IMG/VR virus record: IMGVR_UViG_3300045988_172778
Coordinates: 82,530-146,529 of that record
Length of the DNA: 64,000 bases
DNA from: a virus
Strand: one strand, 5' to 3'
Shown here piece by piece: positions 44,841-53,213 of the stretch. The position numbers were made by a program, and so were the translations under genes. Under the pieces are notes generated by a model, which was given only the letters and a program-made list of their open reading frames with translations, ran no database searches and was not told the DNA's origin. Every line of letters begins with the position of its first letter. Within the stretch, counting starts at the first letter, position 1.

Positions 44841-44907
44841 TCGCCGCGTCGGTTCGAACCCGACCAATGATTGCAAGGAACGGCAATTATAGTGGATAGC
44901 GGCACGT

Positions 44908-44984
44908 GCACTCATCGCCTAAACGGAATAAGGCTTCGGATTTGTAACCCGAGGATGCGGAATCATACTCCGCTGAGTGCTCCA
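44908..44984 (+). tRNA. tRNA-Thr (anticodon TGT), CCA encoded
   Basis: acceptor GCACTCA/TGAGTGC, D-arm GCCT...AGGC, anticodon loop TTTGTAA, T-arm GCGGA-ATCATAC-TCCGC (unusual T-loop), T73. Confidence 0.75.
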
Positions 44985-45054
44985 GTGAGCTGTTGAATGT
45001 CAACATCATTCAGTCGATTGGAAATAATTTGGCGATTGTTTCCAAAATATTTTT

Positions 45055-45092
45055 AGAAACCGTGTTATTTTGCTTGACACGGTTTCTTTTTT
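45055..45092 (+). terminator. rho-independent terminator closing the RNA island, overlapping the next promoter
   Basis: AGAAACCGTGT (45055-45065) pairs with ACACGGTTTCT (45077-45087), then a T-run. Confidence 0.7.
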
Positions 45093-45102
45093 GTGTTATA
45101 AT
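45074..45102 (+). promoter_or_regulatory. sigma-A/sigma-70 consensus promoter
   Basis: TTGACA 45074-45079, 17-nt spacer, TGt then TATAAT 45097-45102. Confidence 0.8.
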
Positions 45103-45123
45103 AATCACATATAGGAGGTAGCT

Positions 45124-45960
45124 ATGGGAAATTTCATTTTAGTAATGGGTTTATCAGGAAGCGGAAAATCATATTGGACAAATAACGTTGCCGATGATGA
45201 GGGCATGGTTATTTTGTCGAGCGACGCGCTTCGGAAAGAATTTTACGGCGACGAAAATATTCAAGATAACCCCGCCTTTATATTCGAGCAAATGCGTATA
45301 AGAACGTTACAGGCGTTAAAAGAAGGTAAAAGCGTTACTTACGACGCGACTAACCTCAGCTCGAAGCGTCGTAAGGCGTTGTTGAAGCAATTGCCCAAAG
45401 ATGTTTATAAAATCTGTCATTGTATTATTACGCCCCTCGAAAAATGTATCGAGAACGATTCAAAAAGAGAAAGGCACGTTTCGGAGCGCGTAATTATGCG
45501 GCAGTTGGAGCAATTCGAGGTGCCGTGGTTTGATGAGGGCTGGGATACAATTTTCGTGATAAAACCATTTGGCGACGCCACGTTGAAAGTCAACCTCGAT
45601 GTAATGCACGATTGTCCGAAATATCACAAAAACGACACGATCAATAATCATATCGCAAGGGTTATACAAGCGGTCGCATTGAAGCCAAATGTTGAAAAAG
45701 ACGATCGCGACGTTCTTCTCGAGGTAGCGAGATTCCACGACATCGGAAAACCGTACACAAAAACCTTCTATAACAAAAAAGGAGAGCTCGGAGAAAACGC
45801 TCATTATTATAACCACGAAAACGTGGGCGCTTATTTGTATATGGTTTCACATGTAGAAGGGGCGGCTTACGGAGATAGAGAAAATATGTATAACGACCTT
45901 TTTCTCGCGTGGCTTATCAATAACCATATGATTATCTGGAATAATCAAAAAAAGATATAA
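45124..45960 (+). CDS. P-loop polynucleotide-kinase-like domain fused to an HD phosphohydrolase domain
   Basis: Walker A GLSGSGKS and kinase-like N-terminal half; C-terminal RFHDIGKP HD motif. Confidence 0.65.
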   Translation: MGNFILVMGLSGSGKSYWTNNVADDEGMVILSSDALRKEFYGDENIQDNPAFIFEQMRIRTLQALKEGKSVTYDATNLSSKRRKALLKQLPKDVYKICHCIITPLEKCIENDSKRERHVSERVIMRQLEQFEVPWFDEGWDTIFVIKPFGDATLKVNLDVMHDCPKYHKNDTINNHIARVIQAVALKPNVEKDDRDVLLEVARFHDIGKPYTKTFYNKKGELGENAHYYNHENVGAYLYMVSHVEGAAYGDRENMYNDLFLAWLINNHMIIWNNQKKI

Positions 45961-46028
45961 TTCATTTAACGAACATATCAAACATTTACTTAAAATATTC
46001 AGTGAATGTGACAAGGAGGGTGCTTAAA

Positions 46029-47261
46029 ATGTTAAACAATCAAAATGAAAGAGAATTATGTTACGCCGTAAGAGTTACCGACGTTACGCCGATAGAAGGT
46101 GCGGATAAAGTCGAATTAGCGCATATAAACGGCTGGCACATAATGGTTAAAAAGGGCGATTACAAGGTCGGTGATTTGGCGATTTATTTCGAAATCGATT
46201 CATTGTTGCCCATGGCTAATCCCGCGTTTGACTTTATGGCGAGATACAAATACAAAGTCAAAACACAACGTTTTATTAAAGGGACTGTTTTATCGCAGGG
46301 GCTTTTAATGCGCCCCGACGAACTCGGTTTAAAAGATGTCAAAGAGGGAGATTTTTTGACAAAAAAACTCGGCGTTACTTATTACGAAGCAGAGGATAAC
46401 GCGCGTAAGGCAAGCAACAAAGACCTGATTGAGACGAAGGTTGCAAAGAGAATGGGTGTTTGGAAGAAAAGGCACAAATTCTTATCGCGCTTCAAATTCA
46501 TTTGCGAGCTTCGTAGAAAGTTGTTTGAGAAGCAAATAAAAGGAGCCCAAAAGAAAAAGAAAACCAACTGGCCGTGTTGGGTAAAGAAGACCGACGAAGA
46601 TAGATGCCAAAACTTACCCCAACTTTTCACGGAACCACTTAACGAGACGCATTGGATTGCGACGGAAAAAATCGACGGAACGTCAACAACTTTCACAATG
46701 CTTCAGGCGAAGAAAAGGAAAAGACACGCAATCATATGTTCTCGAAACGTCGTATTCGACACACCACAGGCAAATGAGAAGAATTATTATAAAGACACCG
46801 ACGGGAATGTTTATGTCGAAATGTTTGAAAAATACGATATCAATGCGGTTTTAAACCACATTTTGGATAAACATCCTGAATATGAGTTTATAACAATTCA
46901 GGGTGAAACATACGGCGGAACAATACAAAAACGGAGATATTGCAAAGAACACAGACTCGCAATCTTCAATGTCATTTTTAAAACAAAGAAGCTGGAACCG
47001 ATTAGACTTAACCCGATTGAAATGTGCGATTTTGTTGGTCAAATAAACAAAGAACTGCAAACGGGAAATAAACTCGAATGCGTGCCGATAATATGCGAAG
47101 ATTTCGTTTTACCGACGACGTGTGAAATGTTGCTCGCATACGCAGACGACGCGTCCGAAATTGACGGTGAAATGAGAGAAGGTCTCGTGTTCAGAAGTCG
47201 TGATGGTAAATTGAGTTTCAAAGCCGTTTCCAATAAATTCTTAGAAAAATACCACGGGTGA
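46029..47261 (+). CDS. RNA ligase (nucleotidyltransferase KxDG family)
   Basis: ATG at 46029 behind AAGGAGGG; N-terminal VTPIEGADKVELAHINGWHIMVKKG module; adenylylation motif ATEKIDGTS. Confidence 0.75.
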   Translation: MLNNQNERELCYAVRVTDVTPIEGADKVELAHINGWHIMVKKGDYKVGDLAIYFEIDSLLPMANPAFDFMARYKYKVKTQRFIKGTVLSQGLLMRPDELGLKDVKEGDFLTKKLGVTYYEAEDNARKASNKDLIETKVAKRMGVWKKRHKFLSRFKFICELRRKLFEKQIKGAQKKKKTNWPCWVKKTDEDRCQNLPQLFTEPLNETHWIATEKIDGTSTTFTMLQAKKRKRHAIICSRNVVFDTPQANEKNYYKDTDGNVYVEMFEKYDINAVLNHILDKHPEYEFITIQGETYGGTIQKRRYCKEHRLAIFNVIFKTKKLEPIRLNPIEMCDFVGQINKELQTGNKLECVPIICEDFVLPTTCEMLLAYADDASEIDGEMREGLVFRSRDGKLSFKAVSNKFLEKYHG

Positions 47262-49624
47262 ATCAAATGGAAAACCAAGAAAACCAAAACAAAATTACGG
47301 GTTATTGCGTGCCAACGCGCTTAATTTACCCGAAAGTCCCGATCGAAGAGTTCGTCCCAGGAAGTTGGGGGCTTCTCGAAGTCGATGTGGGGCAGATATT
47401 ACAAGGGTCATTCCCAGCGGGATTCAGCAAAAATGGTTGGTTCCCGACGGTCGTGTTTAAAGGGGCACTCCCGCCGATTGACACCGAGAAAACGTATTAC
47501 TTCGAAGTCGAAATGGTCGCAGACGCAAAGAGCCCGTATAAGGTCGGTTTCAACGTTTTGTTCATGACGCAGAGAGTTCGCTTGACAAAGTTCGAAGAGC
47601 AGAAACTCTTCCTCGAAAGCATTTTGACCGAGCATCAAATCGACATCTTATATGAAGAACTCATCGATCCGTTCGAAGCAATCGACAGCGGGGATTTGTT
47701 CTTGCTTTCGACCGTAAAAGGAATTGGCGAAAAAACGGCAGAGAAGATTATCGAAACATATAACCGCACCAAAAAAGACGCGAACGCTTTCCTTGTTCTC
47801 CGAGAAGAGTTCGGATTGACCGACGCGGCGGTAACAAAGCTCCAACAGCGTTACCTCTCGACCGATACGATAATCGTGAAGCTTCGAGAAAACCCATATG
47901 AATTGATGACTCTCGATGGTTACGGCTTCAAAAAGTGTGACGCGCTCGCGCTCAAAGGCGGAATGGCAAAAGACGCGAAATTCAGAATTCGCGCTTACGT
48001 TACGCATTTTCTGACCGAGCAAGCCGAGACGGAGGGGAATTCGTGGATTTATCTCCGCGACCTTTTGCACGGGGTCGTTGAGTTCGTGCCATCGATAAAG
48101 AAGGAAGTTTTCGCTGAATGGCTCAAAGAATGGACAGGAAGGATTGAATCAGACGAACCCGAATTCTTGTATTACGACGAAGAGCAAAAGCGGATCGGAT
48201 TGAAGCATTACCGCGAACTCGAAGAGAACATCACCGACGAAATTTTCAGGCTTCTCAATGCGCCGAAGAAAAACCTCTCGAAATGCCGTTACACAATCGA
48301 GGACGCGATAAGAGATTGCGAGGCGGATAATGGTTGGGAATATACCGACGAACAAAAGGCGGCAATTCGAGGATTTTTAACTAATAACGTCGAAATAATC
48401 ACAGCAAAAGCAGGCTCAGGGAAGACAGCATCAGTCGGACCGATTGCGAGATTTTGCGAGGCGAACGGGCTTATAATCGCCCAGACGGCATTATCGGGAA
48501 GGGCCGCGTCTAATTTGTCAGAAGTTACCAAAATCGAAGGAAAGACAATTCACAGGCTTTTGGGTTACAGCCCGAGGGGCGGCTTCTCGTATGACAAAGA
48601 TAATCAGATAATTGAAAACGTGGTAATCGTCGATGAATTATCGATGAATGATAACGAATTATTATACCGACTGCTCCAAGCGATACCGAACGGAAGCAAG
48701 GTCATTATGTTGGGGGACCATTCACAGCTCGAACCATTATCGAATGGCAACTTCCTCAAAGATTGCCTCGATACAAACGTCGTGCCGTGCTATCGTCTAA
48801 CCAAAATTCACCGTCAAGCCCAGAAGTCGGCAATTATAACCGAATCAATCAAAGTCTCGAACGGGCAACAGATAATCGGGAACTCAGAAATCAGCGAAAT
48901 AAGAGGCGAGCTCAAAGACCTCAAAATCGTGACTTATAAAGACGCGGATTTATCGCGAGTAAAATTCCTCACGGAATACCGAACGCTTTTACGGAGCGGC
49001 GTTTCGTCGAACGATATAATTGGCGTTGTCCCGATGAAGTTGCGCGGCGCAATGTCGAGTTTCTCGCTCAACAACGACGTGCAAAAATTCGTTAATCTCG
49101 ACGAGCATTTGCCCAGCATTAAGTTGGCGGCAGATAAAGATAAGTATTACACGATAAGACTCGGCGACCGCGTAATCAACCGCAAAAACCATTACGACAC
49201 AATTACGCGTGCAATTTACGAGAGATGCGGTTTCGATAAGGATAACCCCGTCGAACCGATATACAACGGCAATCTCGGCTTCGTTACCGATATACAGGAA
49301 AATTACATTATTGTGAATTTTAAGCAGCAAGGCGAGATTGTAATTCCGAAAGCATATTGGGAAGACGTGCTTCTCGGTTACGTCGTTACGACGCACAGCT
49401 TCCAGGGAAGCCAGTCGCCTTACGTCGTAGTCGGATTGGATATGTCAGCTTACATGCTCTTATCGCGAGAAATGCTTTACACGGCTCTTACGAGAAGTAA
49501 GAAATATTGCGTCTTGGTCGGACAGATAAATGCCGTCAAAAAAGCGACGTCGATCAGCCGCGTTTCAGTCAAACAAACGTGGCTTAAAGAACTGTTATTA
49601 AAAAAGGGAGGTGAAAATAAATGA
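47258..49624 (+). CDS. RecD2-like SF1 helicase
   Basis: TAKAGSGKTASV (Walker A), VIVDELSM, LGDHSQLEP, LTKIHRQ, VTTHSFQGSQSPYVVV, YTALTRSKK; alternative ATG start at 47267. Confidence 0.9.
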   Translation: MNQMENQENQNKITGYCVPTRLIYPKVPIEEFVPGSWGLLEVDVGQILQGSFPAGFSKNGWFPTVVFKGALPPIDTEKTYYFEVEMVADAKSPYKVGFNVLFMTQRVRLTKFEEQKLFLESILTEHQIDILYEELIDPFEAIDSGDLFLLSTVKGIGEKTAEKIIETYNRTKKDANAFLVLREEFGLTDAAVTKLQQRYLSTDTIIVKLRENPYELMTLDGYGFKKCDALALKGGMAKDAKFRIRAYVTHFLTEQAETEGNSWIYLRDLLHGVVEFVPSIKKEVFAEWLKEWTGRIESDEPEFLYYDEEQKRIGLKHYRELEENITDEIFRLLNAPKKNLSKCRYTIEDAIRDCEADNGWEYTDEQKAAIRGFLTNNVEIITAKAGSGKTASVGPIARFCEANGLIIAQTALSGRAASNLSEVTKIEGKTIHRLLGYSPRGGFSYDKDNQIIENVVIVDELSMNDNELLYRLLQAIPNGSKVIMLGDHSQLEPLSNGNFLKDCLDTNVVPCYRLTKIHRQAQKSAIITESIKVSNGQQIIGNSEISEIRGELKDLKIVTYKDADLSRVKFLTEYRTLLRSGVSSNDIIGVVPMKLRGAMSSFSLNNDVQKFVNLDEHLPSIKLAADKDKYYTIRLGDRVINRKNHYDTITRAIYERCGFDKDNPVEPIYNGNLGFVTDIQENYIIVNFKQQGEIVIPKAYWEDVLLGYVVTTHSFQGSQSPYVVVGLDMSAYMLLSREMLYTALTRSKKYCVLVGQINAVKKATSISRVSVKQTWLKELLLKKGGENK

Positions 49625-49866
49625 GATATAGAAGTAGCGGTAGCAGCAGTAGTAGTATTGGATTTAGCCTCACAACCATCGCGTTTATTTTGTCAATGAT
49701 TTTTATGGTTTTGAAATTTTGTGGTAAAATAGCTTGGTCGTGGGTTATGGTTTTTCTTCCGCTTATTATTTCGGTCGGGATTGACATTGTTGTGATTTTG
49801 GTCGCAATAATTATTTTTGTAATTTCTAACTTTAAAGGGTGGAAAACGCTTGACAAATGGGCTTGA
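49621..49866 (+). CDS. small membrane protein
   Basis: GGGAGGTG SD; Ser-rich N-terminus then two hydrophobic segments. Confidence 0.65.
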   Translation: MRYRSSGSSSSSIGFSLTTIAFILSMIFMVLKFCGKIAWSWVMVFLPLIISVGIDIVVILVAIIIFVISNFKGWKTLDKWA

Positions 49867-49878
49867 GTATGTTATAAT
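49850..49878 (+). promoter_or_regulatory. sigma-A/sigma-70 consensus promoter
   Basis: TTGACA 49850-49855, 17-nt spacer, TGt then TATAAT 49873-49878. Confidence 0.8.
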
Positions 49879-49947
49879 ACGGTCGAAATCATTGAATAAA
49901 ATCACAATTTTATTCAATGAAAAATCGCCAAAAAAAGGAGAAACGAA

Positions 49948-50292
49948 ATGACAGTATTATTAACACGGCACGCAAATGAAAGAATGAAGAAGAGAACGAA
50001 CTTCTCGCCAACGCGAGCGCAGGAAATTGCAGAGAAAGCGTATTACTGCGGCAAAGATCCGCAAGACTTTCCAAAGAAAGTAAGAAGGTATCTGGGAAAC
50101 GTCTTACAAAGGTCGATAGAGGAAGGACGTGCCGACACTTTAAAAGTTCTCGGAAATGATTGTTATCTTTTTTGTCACGGTGTCCTTATCACGTTAATAC
50201 CCATACCCGAAAAGGTGCGCAAGTCGGCAGAAAAGACAAAAATAAAAAATCTCAAAGGAGAAGAAAATGACAGATTTGAAAGCATTGTTTAA
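49948..50292 (+). CDS. hypothetical protein
   Basis: AAGGAG SD then ATG. Confidence 0.65.
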   Translation: MTVLLTRHANERMKKRTNFSPTRAQEIAEKAYYCGKDPQDFPKKVRRYLGNVLQRSIEEGRADTLKVLGNDCYLFCHGVLITLIPIPEKVRKSAEKTKIKNLKGEENDRFESIV

Positions 50293-50944
50293 CAGATGTT
50301 TAAACGCACAGTACAGGCATGTTGAAAATGACGGAGATTACGCTCTTGAAAGAGATGGTGATTTGCTTTATATTCTTTTTGAATGTAGTAACGGGAAAGT
50401 AGACTGGAAGAATAATTTTGACTTTCCTACAAAACCATATAAAGATATGGGTATCAAATGGCATTGCCATAGGGGGTTTTTGAGAGTGTGGAAATCAATT
50501 GAGCCTTATCTTGAAAATGTTATTAAAGATCCCACAATCAAAAAGATAATAATAGTCGGATATTCCCATGGAAGTGCGATTGCGAGTTTGTGCCATGAAT
50601 ATGTATGGTATAATCGCCCCGACCTCAGAGAAGGTAATCTTGAAGGCTTCGGCTTCGGCTGCCCGAAGGTTTATTGGGGATTTATGAAAAAAGCTCTTAA
50701 AGAACGTTGGGAACATTTCCACCCGATAAAAAATTGCAGCGATATTGTTACGACAGTGCCGCCCGTAATTTTTGGGTTTATTCATGTAAACAAGGTTTAT
50801 AAACTTAAAAACAAGACGCTTAAAAATAGACACGGGAATATTAAGAGTGTAGACTCTCATTACCCCGATAATTATCTTTATAGTTTATCATTGGAAACCG
50901 AAGATGGCTTTCATAATTTCAAAGAAAAAAATAAAAAAAAATAA
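50267..50944 (+). CDS. class-3 lipase-like alpha/beta hydrolase
   Basis: HRGFLRVW followed by the nucleophile elbow IIIVGYSHGSAIA (GxSxG). Confidence 0.6.
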   Translation: MTDLKALFNRCLNAQYRHVENDGDYALERDGDLLYILFECSNGKVDWKNNFDFPTKPYKDMGIKWHCHRGFLRVWKSIEPYLENVIKDPTIKKIIIVGYSHGSAIASLCHEYVWYNRPDLREGNLEGFGFGCPKVYWGFMKKALKERWEHFHPIKNCSDIVTTVPPVIFGFIHVNKVYKLKNKTLKNRHGNIKSVDSHYPDNYLYSLSLETEDGFHNFKEKNKKK

Positions 50945-50956
50945 AGAGGCAAAGAA

Positions 50957-51349
50957 ATGAAACTTATAGACGTAATCAGCGCAAGAAAAATTATTGAAAC
51001 CAAAGCAACAGAAAAGGTTGAATTTAATCTCGCTTATAAATTTGCGAAACTCATTAAACTCACAAACGACGACGAAGAATTTTACAACAAAAGCCAAAGA
51101 GAGATTTTTGAACAGTATGCAAAAAGAGACGACAAGGGGAATGTTCTCCCCGACGAAAATGGTCGTTATCAATTCGACACCGATAAAGTCGCAACAGTTG
51201 AATCGGAATTAAGAAAATTGGCAACAACGGAAGTTGAGATTCCCGAATCACTCAAATTTACGGTAGAAGAATTGACGCCATTAAAATTTTCCGTCGAAGA
51301 AGTTATGATTTTTTCAAGTCTAATTAAAGACAATGATGATGAAAAATAA
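50957..51349 (+). CDS. hypothetical protein
   Basis: AAGAGG SD then ATG. Confidence 0.65.
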   Translation: MKLIDVISARKIIETKATEKVEFNLAYKFAKLIKLTNDDEEFYNKSQREIFEQYAKRDDKGNVLPDENGRYQFDTDKVATVESELRKLATTEVEIPESLKFTVEELTPLKFSVEEVMIFSSLIKDNDDEK

Positions 51350-51518
51350 ACCCGACAAAGATATTCGCCAAATAAAGAAGATAAACGCGGATGGCTCGAT
51401 TACCGAAGTTACGGTCGATTGGAACAAACTCCCGTGTCGGAAATGCGAGCGCCGCTATCATTTTTGTTGTCCTAAACCAGATTGTTGGAATAAGAATGGC
51501 GAATATTGCGTATATTAA
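51333..51518 (+). CDS. small Cys-rich protein
   Basis: overlaps the upstream 3' end; CRKCERRYHFCCPKPDC. Confidence 0.5.
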   Translation: MMMKNKPDKDIRQIKKINADGSITEVTVDWNKLPCRKCERRYHFCCPKPDCWNKNGEYCVY

Positions 51519-51535
51519 AATAAGGAGAAAAAAAC

Positions 51536-52423
51536 ATGGCAGAATTAGATGAAGAAAAAGTCAAATTCGAAATTGACGGGCATCCGCTCGATGGTTATAT
51601 TCCGTCACCGCCCGACGACAGAGATTACACACTCGAAACCGTTTGTGCGCTCGATGACGAAGAACTCCCCGAGGAGTACATAACCGACAAAGAAGTCCCC
51701 GTGCTTAATCAGGGTGCCAACTCAGATTGCGTTGCGCACGCTATCGCCGTTGCAATTGCTCATGGGCAGTATAAAGCCGAAGGAAAGTTTAATGATTTCT
51801 CTCGCGGTTATATTTACGGCAACCGAAAACTCACGGATGCCCAAGGCGAAGGAATGATTGTCAGACAGGCTTTAAAAAACTGCAACCACGATGGAGATTG
51901 TTTAAACATAGTTTTCCCTTACAGAGGCACATACCCGAAGATGAAAGCGAAAATCGCCGAAAAACCCGAAGAGTACGCCAGAGAAGCCGCTAAATCTAAG
52001 ATAGTGAATTATTGTAGATTGTATAGTGAAAGGGAAATTAAAAAAGCAATTATGCGTCAGGGCGCGGTTGTTATCGGCACAACACTTTTCGAAGGGTTCG
52101 GAACGCACGTAAAGGTACCGACAAAAGACAGCAAAAAGACTGGCGGGCATGCGATGTGTTGTGTCGGTTGGAATAAGAATGGCTGGATTATTCAGAACTC
52201 ATGGGGAAGTTTATGGGGCGATAAAGGTTATTGCTATATGCCTTATGAATACCCCGCAGATGAATGGTGGGGAATTACCGTAAGCACGACAATTCCGCAG
52301 CCCGAAAAAGATTCGTTTTTAAAAAGACTCATCAACTTCTTTAAGTATATAATAATAAACCTTCGAAACTTTTTCCACAAAAAAAAAATAAATAATTTTA
52401 TTTTACCCCCTTGTTTTAGTTGA
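51536..52423 (+). CDS. papain-like (C1 family) cysteine peptidase
   Basis: NQGANSDCVAHAIA (catalytic Cys context) and GGHAMCCVGW...IQNSWGSLWGDKGY (His and Asn-Ser-Trp-Gly). Confidence 0.8.
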   Translation: MAELDEEKVKFEIDGHPLDGYIPSPPDDRDYTLETVCALDDEELPEEYITDKEVPVLNQGANSDCVAHAIAVAIAHGQYKAEGKFNDFSRGYIYGNRKLTDAQGEGMIVRQALKNCNHDGDCLNIVFPYRGTYPKMKAKIAEKPEEYAREAAKSKIVNYCRLYSEREIKKAIMRQGAVVIGTTLFEGFGTHVKVPTKDSKKTGGHAMCCVGWNKNGWIIQNSWGSLWGDKGYCYMPYEYPADEWWGITVSTTIPQPEKDSFLKRLINFFKYIIINLRNFFHKKKINNFILPPCFS

Positions 52424-52439
52424 CAAGGGGATTTTTTTT
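52406..52439 (+). terminator. rho-independent terminator overlapping the next promoter
   Basis: CCCCTTGT (52407-52414) pairs with ACAAGGGG (52423-52430), then a T8 run. Confidence 0.7.
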
Positions 52440-52449
52440 GTGGTATAAT
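52420..52449 (+). promoter_or_regulatory. sigma-A/sigma-70 consensus promoter
   Basis: TTGACA 52420-52425, 18-nt spacer, TGg then TATAAT 52444-52449. Confidence 0.75.
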
Positions 52450-52479
52450 AAGAGCACAAAGTAAGGAGCAATAATATAT

Positions 52480-52770
52480 ATGATTGTTAGCAGAAAATAT
52501 ACATGCAGATTTTGCGGCAAGGAAATTACGGTGCAAGCCGAAGAAGAAAGATTCTCACGCCTCGATGCTGGCGCACATGTCCAAGACGTGTTCCCCGATT
52601 TAAGAGTAAATTATCGCGAGCTTATGATAAGCGGTATTTGCGGGGAATGCTTCGATCAGATATTTGAAAACGATGACGACGAGGATGATTCCGCGTCCGA
52701 TGACGAGTTTTTCATAAGCAAATATGACGAAAAAACCGATATTTTCAGCGATAAATACGAAGGAGATTGA
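52480..52770 (+). CDS. zinc-ribbon protein with acidic tail
   Basis: AAGGAG SD; CRFCG...CGEC; DDDEDD-rich C-terminus. Confidence 0.65.
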   Translation: MIVSRKYTCRFCGKEITVQAEEERFSRLDAGAHVQDVFPDLRVNYRELMISGICGECFDQIFENDDDEDDSASDDEFFISKYDEKTDIFSDKYEGD

Positions 52771-52871
52771 CGGCGAAAATTATCGCAAAATCGCGGGAAA
52801 TTGTTAAAAAAATACTAAAAAATAGGCATTAAAATTAACAAGTCGCGGTATATGCGTGTTAATTGGCATTT

Positions 52872-52900
52872 TTGTTAAAATTTTACAAAAAAGTTAAAAT
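52872..52900 (+). promoter_or_regulatory. possible weaker promoter of a different class
   Basis: TTGTTA 52872-52877, 17-nt spacer, TAAAAT 52895-52900, within an AT-rich region carrying TTGTTAAAA repeats. Confidence 0.3.
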
Positions 52901-52922
52901 AAACGACTTATAGGTGAAAATT

Positions 52923-53138
52923 ATGAAAAATTATGAGTTTATGGTATACCGACAGACGGTGTTCAAAGTGGAGGCGGCAAACGTAACAGATGCAAAACAA
53001 AAGATCGTAGATCAATTAGTCAAATCAGGTCAGATGAAGTCCGCGTCGCCAATAATCATAGAGGAAATTATTGATGGTGAATTTACAGAAACAACAAAAG
53101 AGGAAACCGAAGAAGCACCAAAGCAGCCCACAGAATGA
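52923..53138 (+). CDS. hypothetical protein
   Basis: AGGTGA SD then ATG at 52923. Confidence 0.6.
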   Translation: MKNYEFMVYRQTVFKVEAANVTDAKQKIVDQLVKSGQMKSASPIIIEEIIDGEFTETTKEETEEAPKQPTE

Positions 53139-53213
53139 GTGTTGGGCTCATTTGTGGAAATACTCAAAAGAATTGCAAAAGTGGATATTTATTCCACTTG
53201 AAGGAGGTAATGG

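Noticed and set aside
42656-44911. Short ORFs inside the RNA island (42656-42880 -, 42735-42923 +, 43325-43678 -, 43603-43794 -, 44033-44224 +, 44671-44886 -, 44708-44911 -)
   Set aside because: None has an SD. Several run straight through tRNA genes, and their translations are Arg/Ser/Cys-rich nonsense typical of structured RNA regions.
41963-45054. The tRNA cluster as a prophage integration site (attL/attR) or a mobile island
   Set aside because: No integrase or recombinase gene lies nearby. All tRNAs are co-directional with phage genes and flanked by phage-type promoters and a terminator. The partial tRNA copies are internal to the array rather than at a junction.
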